From an uncultured bacterium (GTDB lineage: Bacteria; Margulisbacteria; WOR-1; CAVSGV01), in the NCBI GenBank assembly GCA_963699255.1, contig OY969425.1, forward strand, positions 1,020,001-1,052,000: a DNA stretch of 32,000 nt, given 5' to 3'. Under the pieces are notes generated by a model. It did not search any database, had not been told where the DNA came from, and was given only the letters and a program-made list of their open reading frames with translations. Each line of letters starts with the position of its first letter. The stretch's first letter is position 1. Shown here piece by piece: positions 1-8,559 of the stretch. Both the position numbers and the translations under genes were made by a program.

Positions 1-67
1 AAGACCAGGGCATAAGGATAGGTGGTGCTGCCATTGACCATCATGTTCACTGTTTTTTCGGCCGCGT

Positions 68-3000
68 TCAGGTTCTTCTTGACCCGACCGTTGCAGCTTT
101 CTTCCCCCGGGTCCCACTGCAGGATGGCGGTTTGCAAATTCTTTTCCCCAGCGTTATGGGGTTCTTTATGGTCTTGTATTCATTTCCCACCTGGATCTTG
201 AGATCTTTAAGGCGCTGATCATCATTGACGTTAAAATACAGGCTGTTAAAGACTATCCCTTTATCTTTCATCTTCTGCGCAAGGCTGTTCAGGAATTCCT
301 TCGGATTATCAAGCGCCCACTGCTCGTTCTTTTGGTCCGCCTTTTCAGATTTGGTCCCTATCATGGCGTTCACGGCGGCGGGCGTCAGGTATCCTTCATA
401 GTTTTTGACGAATGCCTGTATAAAATCCCAGCCTATGCTGATGGAGCTTTCGCCCTGAAAGTAATCTTTATCCTTTGCGTGGCACGGCTTATCATCATTT
501 TCAGCGAAGAACGTTCCATTTTTTTTCGCTTCGACTTCTTTCTTGAACAGGATCTCCTTTAATCCTATCACCCTGGTATTATCCACAGCTTCCAGGGCTT
601 TTCGGTTGGCGGGCGTCGGCATTGTTAAAAGGGAATAATGGATAGGGTCCCACAAAAAGTCATATACGAGCTTCTGCCATATGCTCTTACTGCCCTTTTG
701 ACCGCCTTCCTTTGCCGCTTTCCTTTGGGCCTCCTGATCAGCGATGTACTCTCTTTCTTGTTTGGGCTCCGCCTCCTGGGTGACGCGTGAGATAACGTTA
801 TATAGCCGCCTTAAGATAATTAGGACCTGGTTGGCTTCCTCCGTGGCCTCCACATCTTCGGTCTCCCCGTTCTTTAAAATGACCGATTCATTCGCATTTT
901 TGATCATGTCCTCATCAATGTAAAATCTTCCATCCTGCACATAATCCGCCACCCTGTTTATGGCACGAATTTGGTTCGGGTCAAGCTGCTGCTTATAAGG
1001 GCTGTTACTGGCGAGCTTATCCTGCCAGTTGGCCAACGCTCTTAAATAGGCCGGAGATAGATAATCTGTCCCTTCTATCGTCAAAGTTTTGCCTTTCATA
1101 TGTATAGGATTAGGCGCGTAGCCCTGATCAGCAAGATAGAGCATTATGCTGAGTATCGGCAGTTCTTCGACAACTTCATGGTGATCCTTATCGGGATTCA
1201 ATGATATTGTATTTATATTGTCCCCTGATATTATCTTCCATGTCTTTTTGACAACTTTTTTGACAATAGGTTCCCTGACGATCTTATATCCCGGCGCCGC
1301 CTTGTCCTGCTCATTTTTATTTTCCGATATGTGGGACATGTTCGCATTTTCGGAAAGCAGTGACTGGGCCATGGTCCCGTCTATCACAAGATATTCCTTT
1401 TCCTGTTGATCCTTTATGAGCGGGACATCCTTCAGGGACGCGTAATTTTTTGTCATTACCCCCAGAATTTGATCGGCAGCCGATAAAAGGCTGTTTTGAT
1501 CCAGCTTTTCAGCTGAAGAAAGGCCCAATTCATCTATCAGTTGCTGGGCAATGAACCCCCCGAGTTCCGAGATCTTCGCGATCTTCTTCTTCTTTTCCTC
1601 CAGATCCATCTGATTATTTTTGATTATCTGCAAATTGCATCCAATATTGAATTTGATGTTCAATTCCTGTGCGTTCAAATTCATGATCTGACCGTTCACC
1701 TGCTTGTTGATGAAAGCCTCATATTGCTTAAGGTAAGCTTGCATGGCTTTCTCGTCTATCGTTCCCCCATCTTTCTTGGCGGACGCCCGCAACTCTTTTT
1801 CCTTTGCGTCCTTTTGCTTTTCCGCGGCATCTTTTTGCTTCTTTATTTCATTTTTTATGTTGGCACTCTGTGTTTGAATGTTCGCCAGATATTCATCGTT
1901 CTCTTTGCGTGTGCGGTCCAGCTGCCCAAGGACTTCGTCAAGGTTTTCTTGAGATATTTTCTTTATTTCCGCGACTATAGATCCCTGCATATATTTAATG
2001 AGCCCGCCCTGGAAATTTTGAGCGCTGGTTTGCTTCAATAAATCAGATATCACCTGCAGGGCGACATTACAGGCCATTTTCAGGTCCTCATCAGCGGTCC
2101 CCCCTTTATCTTTGTCCACCGTTTTTTCAAGCAATTTGAACGACAGCCCCAGGAACTCGGCCGGCTGGTTCTCTTCCGGGCTCAGATCCGCGTTCTTATA
2201 TCCGGAAATATCATATACAAGGTCCGTATCGGTTTGCGGGTCTTTTCCAAGATGAAGGCAATTGACCAGCAAAGGTTTTAATATGTCCATCTCAAAACAT
2301 TTCGGGACATCCACAGGCCCTGAAAAAGATCCGTTCTCAAAATAGTAGATCTTCAGGTCCCTTACGGCGTCAGCGGAATTCGCGGCTTTTTGGGCCTCCT
2401 GAAAGACCTCATTTATCGCCTTTTTATCATCCGCACAGACAGAGCTTTCGTTTGATATTTTTTTCATAATATCCTGGGAAAGCCCGGCAATGACAAGTTT
2501 TCCATTTAAATATGTTATCGCCGCGGTGTTAAGTCCTTGAATATACGTTATTGTGGCTGGCGCCAGAGTAACGGCTTTTTCAGCGCTCCCCTTTACATAG
2601 ACCAGGATCAGTTTTTTGCCGGCTCCGGTCATCGCTTCCAGGCTCTGCCGCACCTCGCTGACCGAGCTTTGCGATCCGCTCTTTGCAATGGCCGCCTTAA
2701 TGGCCCTGTCACGATCCTCGCAGTCTTTAGGCGAATAGGCCGTAAGGGAAAGATGTTTCAGGATACTGGCGGGCAATCGCCCTCCATACCGCGATAAGAT
2801 ATTTGAAAGTATTTTCTCCGGGTCATCCTTTGTATCGGCCCTGGCCTGCTGGATAATGTCCCTGATATCCTGGTCCTGGGCGAGACACGACAGGAACTCC
2901 TTTAAAAATGGATCGTTCGAAGGATAACTGATATTGACTAAAAGTCCCTCATCCTGCGTCCCGTCGCTGAGGGAATACTTCACTTCCTTGGCAATACCCA

Positions 3001-3634
3001 CCTGGCCGGAAAAGGAATCAGGAAGGACCTGATATGTTAATAGCCCTTTTTCCAGAAGATCCAGGTTCTTGCTGTATTCGCTCCAGAGAAGATCATTGGC
3101 GGGTTCGTCGTAAGGCGTAAGCAATCCCACTTTCCTGGCCAGCAGGCGTTCTCCGAATTTACAGAAATCCTTTTGTCCGGAGTAATAAATCCCGATCTTA
3201 TCTATAAGGCTTTTCAGTTTGGCCAGGTATTCCTGCTGCCCTTCTAGCGTTTCCGGCACAGCGTCCAGAGTTTTGGAATTATCCCCGCCAAAAATATCCT
3301 TTGTGAGCTTTTCGGCGTCCACCGCTCCGCAAACGTTACATATATATGTATCGATATCTCTTTTTATCTCCGCGATCCGGAGGTATCTTTTATAAATGGT
3401 CCTGGCTAACTTTAATTGCTGCGCAAACAAAAGGTCCTTTTTCTCGGCATCGCTCTTATTTTTAAAGTCCGGGTCGGACATCGTAGTCTTCCAGATGGCG
3501 TCAAATTCATCTTTAAAATTATCAACAACAGTCCCGTCTTTGTTCATTGTTGTGTAGAACCTGGCCATTTTAAGGATGAAAGAATCCGCCCTTTTTTTCT
3601 CTATTCCATGCGCCGGATCTTTATAATACTTCAC
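68..3634 (-). CDS. hypothetical protein (1188 aa), soluble, central coiled-coil, no recognisable catalytic motif
   Basis: Uninterrupted 3.57-kb ORF. Its ATG overlaps the stop of the upstream ORF by 4 nt (3631-3634), suggesting translational coupling. Residues ~555-690 (nt ~1565-1972) are heptad-like and K/E/Q/N-rich (EIKKISQENLDEVLGQLDRTRKENDEYLANIQTQSANIKNEIKKQKDAAEKQKDAKEKELRA). No N-terminal signal peptide or TM-length hydrophobic stretch. No family-diagnostic motif seen. Confidence 0.7.
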   Translation of the reverse strand: MKYYKDPAHGIEKKRADSFILKMARFYTTMNKDGTVVDNFKDEFDAIWKTTMSDPDFKNKSDAEKKDLLFAQQLKLARTIYKRYLRIAEIKRDIDTYICNVCGAVDAEKLTKDIFGGDNSKTLDAVPETLEGQQEYLAKLKSLIDKIGIYYSGQKDFCKFGERLLARKVGLLTPYDEPANDLLWSEYSKNLDLLEKGLLTYQVLPDSFSGQVGIAKEVKYSLSDGTQDEGLLVNISYPSNDPFLKEFLSCLAQDQDIRDIIQQARADTKDDPEKILSNILSRYGGRLPASILKHLSLTAYSPKDCEDRDRAIKAAIAKSGSQSSVSEVRQSLEAMTGAGKKLILVYVKGSAEKAVTLAPATITYIQGLNTAAITYLNGKLVIAGLSQDIMKKISNESSVCADDKKAINEVFQEAQKAANSADAVRDLKIYYFENGSFSGPVDVPKCFEMDILKPLLVNCLHLGKDPQTDTDLVYDISGYKNADLSPEENQPAEFLGLSFKLLEKTVDKDKGGTADEDLKMACNVALQVISDLLKQTSAQNFQGGLIKYMQGSIVAEIKKISQENLDEVLGQLDRTRKENDEYLANIQTQSANIKNEIKKQKDAAEKQKDAKEKELRASAKKDGGTIDEKAMQAYLKQYEAFINKQVNGQIMNLNAQELNIKFNIGCNLQIIKNNQMDLEEKKKKIAKISELGGFIAQQLIDELGLSSAEKLDQNSLLSAADQILGVMTKNYASLKDVPLIKDQQEKEYLVIDGTMAQSLLSENANMSHISENKNEQDKAAPGYKIVREPIVKKVVKKTWKIISGDNINTISLNPDKDHHEVVEELPILSIMLYLADQGYAPNPIHMKGKTLTIEGTDYLSPAYLRALANWQDKLASNSPYKQQLDPNQIRAINRVADYVQDGRFYIDEDMIKNANESVILKNGETEDVEATEEANQVLIILRRLYNVISRVTQEAEPKQEREYIADQEAQRKAAKEGGQKGSKSIWQKLVYDFLWDPIHYSLLTMPTPANRKALEAVDNTRVIGLKEILFKKEVEAKKNGTFFAENDDKPCHAKDKDYFQGESSISIGWDFIQAFVKNYEGYLTPAAVNAMIGTKSEKADQKNEQWALDNPKEFLNSLAQKMKDKGIVFNSLYFNVNDDQRLKDLKIQVGNEYKTIKNPITLGKRICKPPSCSGTRGKKAATVGSRRT

Positions 3635-4632
3635 CAGAAGCTGTTCATTCTCCAGGTTTTCGGCGCCCCTCCCGGCTCCGCCATTGTTGCCGGACCGATA
3701 TCGTCCTCCACATCCTTTTCGTTTTGAAGGATGTCCTTTATGTCCCCCTGCGACAGACTTGAGTTGAATTTATTCAGGCATTCCTTTTGCGCGTTTATTA
3801 TATCTTTTAATTGATCATTGCTCTGGTCAATGAAGTTCTCCCCGTATTCGATGAACATATCATTCATTTCTTTCGTACCGATCTGCTGCCCGCCCTTAAG
3901 TGGTTTCTTGCATTGTTCGGCCAGCTGGCCCAGCGCGCCGTAGAGCGGATCTTCGCCGGTAGCAAGCCTTAAAACATATTTTCCCCCGTTTTGGCAATGC
4001 ACATAATTTATATCGGCGTCTTTCACATTGAGACAGGCAACGCCCAGCGGGACATCTGTTCCGTTCACATTGCCTCCCAGCGACACAAAGACCGTTCTTT
4101 CAGTTTTTATGTCTTTCAGCTCCTGCAGGTTATCGTCCATTTTCCGGACATAAGCATCCACCACCTGGCGCGGACTATTATTGTAAGCGGAAAAAGCCCA
4201 CTTTAAAGAAGTCAATAATTGAGGGGTGTCGTCATAATTGATAGCGTATCCCAGGCTCTCGAGCATTACAACAAAGGTCTTTAGTGCGAAATATTCCTCG
4301 ATCCCGGGAGCGTTATTTTCCAGCAGCTTTGAACTGTTCAGGTTGTTCTTAACGCAGTTCATGACCTTCCGCGCAAAGTCCGGGTCGTTCGCGGGAGCGA
4401 TCGGATCAGAGGAGTATCCTGTTTTCTCAAAGGCAAAAGAAATGTACGCGTCAACGGGATCGGTGGAGTTCTTGGATGAATCGATGAAAAGCGCGGAAGA
4501 ATTCTGCGGCGCTGTTATGGGAGAGTAAGAAGATGTCCGGTTCCCTGCCGGCGCTGACTGGTCTTTCGTCCTGCTCCCCTGATATACCGCCCCATTCGTA
4601 CCCGGATCGGTTTTATTGACCTCTAAGCTCAT
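3631..4632 (-). CDS. hypothetical protein (333 aa), S/T/P/N/Q-rich probably disordered N-terminus
   Basis: ORF begins 10 nt after the stop of the 552-aa ORF, with AAGGGAAAA upstream of the ATG, and overlaps the next ORF by 4 nt. The first ~50 aa are low-complexity (TDPGTNGAVYQGSRTKDQSAPAGNRTSSYSPITAPQNSS). No recognisable domain motif. Confidence 0.7.
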   Translation of the reverse strand: MSLEVNKTDPGTNGAVYQGSRTKDQSAPAGNRTSSYSPITAPQNSSALFIDSSKNSTDPVDAYISFAFEKTGYSSDPIAPANDPDFARKVMNCVKNNLNSSKLLENNAPGIEEYFALKTFVVMLESLGYAINYDDTPQLLTSLKWAFSAYNNSPRQVVDAYVRKMDDNLQELKDIKTERTVFVSLGGNVNGTDVPLGVACLNVKDADINYVHCQNGGKYVLRLATGEDPLYGALGQLAEQCKKPLKGGQQIGTKEMNDMFIEYGENFIDQSNDQLKDIINAQKECLNKFNSSLSQGDIKDILQNEKDVEDDIGPATMAEPGGAPKTWRMNSFW

Positions 4633-4642
4633 TTGTTTTCCC

Positions 4643-6301
4643 TTATGAATTCATGATCTGGGACAACCCTTTTATATCTGCCCAATTCTTGTTTTTCATG
4701 TCTTTCAACCAATTTGACAGGTTATTATTCGCATCGTCTGTGATAAGTCCATTAATTTGCGCTTTCAACCACTGGTGCAGCCCCGTGACCTTTGAACTAT
4801 CATTATCTTTGAAACTGATAATTTGATTGATCAGGCCTGTAATTTTCGCTCGCTGTTCATTAAAGGCCTTGCTTTGTGCCGCAAGATCCGAATACTTGGC
4901 TTTTATTGGATTATACCCGTTGAAAGCTTTTCCAATGTCCTTTTCAAGTGATTCGACCGTTGCTGGTGGCTTCGGTTGTTCGTGGTGCTGAGGGTCCGTA
5001 ATCTTGCCATCCTCTCCTTTAAGCTGCATGATCAGTTTTGACTTGTCCGTGTATTTCCCCGACGGCAAATGCAGCAGATAATCTACGCATTTGGCCTTTA
5101 GATCCTGTTCGGACATATAGGCCTTTATTCCTGATAATTTGGAAAGATCATAATCGGTGTTATTGATCTTTTTAGCTTTATTTTCCATCCATTGAGAGAG
5201 GACCGTTTCCAGAGCTTCTGTATTTTCCGGATGGTTTTCCTGGCAGGACAGGTAAAAGTTCTCGGCCGATTTAACGAGATCTGTTTTTGTAGCGTACAGC
5301 TTCGCCAATTCCGCCAGATTGATATACTTATAATCGGCCGGGTCTTCGGCTTTGATCTGCTCGCGGATCTCGATCTGTTTATTGATATCAGAGTTCTCAT
5401 CTTTTGCAAGATCATCCTTTAGCTTTTGGACCTTCGAAGGCTCTGTAACTTTGTCCCCGTCCGGGTCATCCTTCTTCGCCTCTTTTGTAATATATTTCAG
5501 GATGCTCCCTTCACTTATATCCCCTTCGAACTTGGGCAGCTTGACCGTTATCTGGAATGTTTGTTCCTGGACCGTGGTCCCTAATTTGGATATTAACGGA
5601 AGGGAAGCAAGGAATCTGCCTACCGATTCCAGGTCGACAACCGTTGTCTGCCCGTGGAATCTTTGCGTTAAAGCATCATATGCTTCCTGTGTAAGGTAAG
5701 CTTGTAGATCCTTGAATGTTGTATCTTTTGTTATTGGATGGTCGCCGATCTTGCCGCCCACAATCTTATCTCCCGCGTTGATCACCGCGTCCAGGTCAGC
5801 CATCTCAAAGCCTACCGCCGTATTGTAAAGCTTTATCGCGTCATTTTCGTCATTCAAGCCGAAAGCCAACTTATATTTTTTAATGGTATCATTGAACAAC
5901 TTGATGTCTCCCGCGGTTATTTCCTCGTCAGGAGCGCCTTTGGTATTCATCTTCATGAGGATCAGATCGTATAATACCGTGGATATCCCGAGTGTCTTCG
6001 CCTCATTTCTATCGATCATCTTGTCCATCAATATTGCATTTTCATCTATGCCCGTTAAATGATTTTGCGTGACCCACAGGCCAATGAATGTCCTGGCCAA
6101 AGCCATATCGTCCCCGGCGTCATTATTGTTCGGATCCTTCGCCTTGGGATCGTTCTGTCCAGGCTCGGTCTTCTTATCGGATACAAACGCCGAGCCGATC
6201 TGATCAGAAAGCAGATCATACTTTATTTTTTGGCGCAAGCTTATTATCTTCTTTTGATTCTTCTTTTGCCTCAAGGAATTGATCACGAAATTTCTTATCA
6301 T
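4643..6301 (-). CDS. hypothetical protein (up to 552 aa; start uncertain)
   Basis: Long ORF in the same operon. The longest form overlaps the upstream 326-aa ORF by 86 nt. Alternative in-frame starts are TTG at 6238 and ATG at 6106, the latter preceded by GGGGA. No signal peptide, TM segment or known motif. Confidence 0.65.
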   Translation of the reverse strand: MIRNFVINSLRQKKNQKKIISLRQKIKYDLLSDQIGSAFVSDKKTEPGQNDPKAKDPNNNDAGDDMALARTFIGLWVTQNHLTGIDENAILMDKMIDRNEAKTLGISTVLYDLILMKMNTKGAPDEEITAGDIKLFNDTIKKYKLAFGLNDENDAIKLYNTAVGFEMADLDAVINAGDKIVGGKIGDHPITKDTTFKDLQAYLTQEAYDALTQRFHGQTTVVDLESVGRFLASLPLISKLGTTVQEQTFQITVKLPKFEGDISEGSILKYITKEAKKDDPDGDKVTEPSKVQKLKDDLAKDENSDINKQIEIREQIKAEDPADYKYINLAELAKLYATKTDLVKSAENFYLSCQENHPENTEALETVLSQWMENKAKKINNTDYDLSKLSGIKAYMSEQDLKAKCVDYLLHLPSGKYTDKSKLIMQLKGEDGKITDPQHHEQPKPPATVESLEKDIGKAFNGYNPIKAKYSDLAAQSKAFNEQRAKITGLINQIISFKDNDSSKVTGLHQWLKAQINGLITDDANNNLSNWLKDMKNKNWADIKGLSQIMNS

Positions 6302-7196
6302 TACATGCTTTTACAATAGCATCTTTTACCTTGCTGATATTATCTGGAGTTATTTGGAATTTGACTGGATCTTTAACCATTTCTGTAATGATCTGCGTTT
6401 TCGCCGCCTGCGCATTCGGATCTGTCCCTACAGGTAAAGTTTCCAGTTCAACCATTCTGCTTTTCAACGCCGTCTCAGCTGCGCTCTTTTTATCCGCTTC
6501 GGTTATTATATTTTTTGCATTTGAAAGGGTGGGGTCGTCTTCATCAATGCGAAGACTAACTGCTTTGTTATAAGCCTGCCTGATCTGTTCAATGTCCTTG
6601 GATTTAAGAGCTGCTTCAAGCTCGCCCATCGCTGTCTTTTTTTCTTCTGCTGTGCTTCCCTGTTCCAGTTCAATGTCCGGTTTTTCATTTTGCTTTTGAT
6701 CGACAAAGCTTTTGGTTAATTTCTCCGTATCTTTAATTCCCGCCGCGCTGCAAAGCTCGGTAATAAAGGCCTCATTGGATATTTCCGAAAACGGGGTTTT
6801 CTTGTCATCTAATTGTTTCATTAACTGAAGAACATCTATTCCCTTACCTTTTAACGTACTTCTTACCTCTGAGAGGTCATATTTGCCTGTTTCAACAGCA
6901 TCGTTATTAAAGATATCTCCGATCTTATCAATCACTTTTGCCGAAGAAGTATTACTCCTATCGTATTTTCGCATTTCAATTTTGATATTTTCAATATCGC
7001 CTGAGTCCGGCTTGTCGTCGCCTTGCGCTAAAGCTTCTTTGCTCCCGAAGATAAGAGCTATATCTTTCACGTTGTCATTGCAAAAGAATTTGCTCAGCGA
7101 GGCCCCCAGATCATCATATTTGGTTCTGGTCGGGTTGGTCCTTGCTTGCAAGTTTGTCTTTGCATCTACCAATTTTATTCTATCTAAATCTCCCAT
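6216..7196 (-). CDS. hypothetical protein (326 aa), acidic/lysine-rich, first gene of the orphan operon
   Basis: ATG at 7196 is preceded on the minus strand by GGAGGAG and a 7-nt spacer (ggatGGAGGAGataaaaaATG). The ORF is uninterrupted. No recognisable motif. Confidence 0.7.
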   Translation of the reverse strand: MGDLDRIKLVDAKTNLQARTNPTRTKYDDLGASLSKFFCNDNVKDIALIFGSKEALAQGDDKPDSGDIENIKIEMRKYDRSNTSSAKVIDKIGDIFNNDAVETGKYDLSEVRSTLKGKGIDVLQLMKQLDDKKTPFSEISNEAFITELCSAAGIKDTEKLTKSFVDQKQNEKPDIELEQGSTAEEKKTAMGELEAALKSKDIEQIRQAYNKAVSLRIDEDDPTLSNAKNIITEADKKSAAETALKSRMVELETLPVGTDPNAQAAKTQIITEMVKDPVKFQITPDNISKVKDAIVKACNDKKFRDQFLEAKEESKEDNKLAPKNKV

Positions 7197-7230
7197 TTTT
7201 TATCTCCTCCATCCCCGCCCCTTGGCAGGT

Positions 7231-7258
7231 TTTATAAATTAGGGTATATAAAACGCAA
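7231..7258 (-). promoter_or_regulatory. candidate sigma-70 promoter for the orphan operon (TTGCGT-N16-TATAAA on the minus strand)
   Basis: Minus-strand reading is ttgcgt tttatataccctaatt tataaa, about 35 nt upstream of the ATG at 7196. The -35 matches only 3/6 and the -10 matches 5/6. Confidence 0.3.
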
Positions 7259-7446
7259 AAGGCGAAATAGCAGATCTATCGCCTATGTTAATATTTAACC
7301 CTTCACATACATATATTCGTGTTATTAAGCCGAAAACTTGCATGAATTCTCGGTTTTTAGGCGTGCTGATTTTCCGATAAATTGATCTCATATTCCCCTC
7401 TACATAATATATCGTCAAAAATGACCGGAAATTTCATTTGAGAATA

Positions 7447-7483
7447 ATGGCAAATAAAGGCAAAGGATGGCAATTGATGGCAG
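7447..7483. repeat. four direct repeats A(T/A)GGCA(A/G) with exact 10-bp phasing
   Basis: ATGGCAA at 7447, AAGGCAA at 7457, ATGGCAA at 7467 and ATGGCAG at 7477. The array lies in the 390-nt gap between the metallopeptidase stop (7587) and the orphan-operon start (7196). Confidence 0.6.
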
Positions 7484-7586
7484 TGAAAGGGCTTAGGGCG
7501 CAGGATTTAAGGCATATGAAGTTATTGTTTTTACCTAAGCCTTAAGCCGTATGATCTTCAGTCTCTTCTTTTGCCTTCAATCGCCC

Positions 7587-8426
7587 TCATTCCCCTTTTT
7601 CCCTATTATTGAATACTTCATTCTCCAGGAATTCGTAGTTGTTCATCCAGCTGTAATCGCCGTCTTCCGCGGATCTTTGGGCCAGTTTCCTGAACTCCTC
7701 GTTCCTGTCAATGAACCACTCGTAAACCCAGGCGAATTTCTCCAGCGGGTTCTCGTCCCAGGGATTCCTTTTCCTCCTGCCGTCATCAACGACAATCTCC
7801 CCGAACAGGTCCTGGTTCCTGGCAAGTGATTTAAGATTGAACCGCTCCTGCACGTCCTGCCACCTGTCCTTCGGGATCTCCACCTTCCTTGTCGCTATCT
7901 GGTACATCCTGTTCCCGGGCGCGAAATACCTCCTGAATTCCAGCATGTTGTAACCGCTGTCGGCTATGAACCGCATGAACTTCGCGAATTCCAGGTTAAA
8001 ATGGTTGACGGCGTGGCCTATCTCGTGGGTCAGGACCTCGGGGATCTCCTTCAGTGTCAGGTTGTCGAACAGGTATATCCTTTTATTGTCGCTGTCGTAA
8101 GCGCCGCCGGCGTGGACAAGGGTTTTAAGGAGTCTTATCCTTCCTTCCTTGTTCTTCACCACCTGCTTCACGCCTATAAGATGTTGCTTTTGTTTTCGTT
8201 TCTTGAATTTCTTCAGGACATCTTCGATCACAAGAAGTTCGGGGGTGATGAATTTGACGTCCGTGTCAAGGATCTCTATGCCGAATTCCGAAGAAACCCT
8301 TTTTCTTATCGGCATGCCTTCCGGGATCGGGACCGCGTCCGGAACGGTCTTTGGCGCGAGCGGTTGCGTCACCAGAGTGTAATTTATCGGCGAAGTCAGA
8401 ACGCTATTTATGCGCGATATTTCCAT
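7587..8426 (-). CDS. putative zinc metallopeptidase, HExxH gluzincin type (ATLF / MtfA-like)
   Basis: HEIGH is encoded at 8013-8027 (minus strand CAC GAG ATA GGC CAC) within LTHEIGHAVNH. A downstream NPLEKFAWVYEWF segment resembles the E-x-FA third-ligand helix of anthrax lethal factor-like and MtfA-like peptidases. An upstream GGAYDSDNKRIYLF segment is typical of these folds. No signal peptide. Confidence 0.65.
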   Translation of the reverse strand: MEISRINSVLTSPINYTLVTQPLAPKTVPDAVPIPEGMPIRKRVSSEFGIEILDTDVKFITPELLVIEDVLKKFKKRKQKQHLIGVKQVVKNKEGRIRLLKTLVHAGGAYDSDNKRIYLFDNLTLKEIPEVLTHEIGHAVNHFNLEFAKFMRFIADSGYNMLEFRRYFAPGNRMYQIATRKVEIPKDRWQDVQERFNLKSLARNQDLFGEIVVDDGRRKRNPWDENPLEKFAWVYEWFIDRNEEFRKLAQRSAEDGDYSWMNNYEFLENEVFNNREKGE

Positions 8427-8483
8427 AGTTCACCCGAGTGTTTATCGTGTGAAAGAGGGGGAAACTTGCGTCCTCACCCCTGC

Positions 8484-8506
8484 CTCCTCTCCTTATAGGA
8501 GAGGGG
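8484..8506. other. GC-rich stem-loop (9 bp) between argB and the metallopeptidase gene
   Basis: CCTCCTCTCC / GGAGAGGGG pair around a ttata loop. The stem-loop is nested inside a second complementarity, CCTCACCCC (8472-8480) with GGGGTGAGG (8551-8559). No U-tract on either strand. Confidence 0.4.
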
Positions 8507-8559
8507 AGCTACGCAACCAGAACTAGTAGATTTTGAAAACAATAAACTTTGGGGTGAGG

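Noticed and set aside
1-44. Possible start of a fifth minus-strand gene (ATGATG at 44-39, translating MMVNGSTTYPYALV...) 23 nt downstream of the 1188-aa ORF stop.
   Set aside because: Only 14 codons are visible and no convincing SD is present, so it cannot be supported as a feature. It is mentioned only as a hint that the operon may continue beyond the window.
2612-2635. Walker-A-like AMTGAGKK in the 1188-aa protein.
   Set aside because: It ends in K-K rather than GK[ST]. No Walker B or other P-loop NTPase context was found, so it is most likely fortuitous.
7447-7483. TGGCA-containing repeats as a sigma-54 (-24/-12) promoter.
   Set aside because: No TGGCAC-N5-TTGC arrangement is found on either strand. 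The TGGCA copies lie on the strand opposite to the downstream operon and recur every 10 bp, which fits a binding-site array rather than a -24/-12 element.
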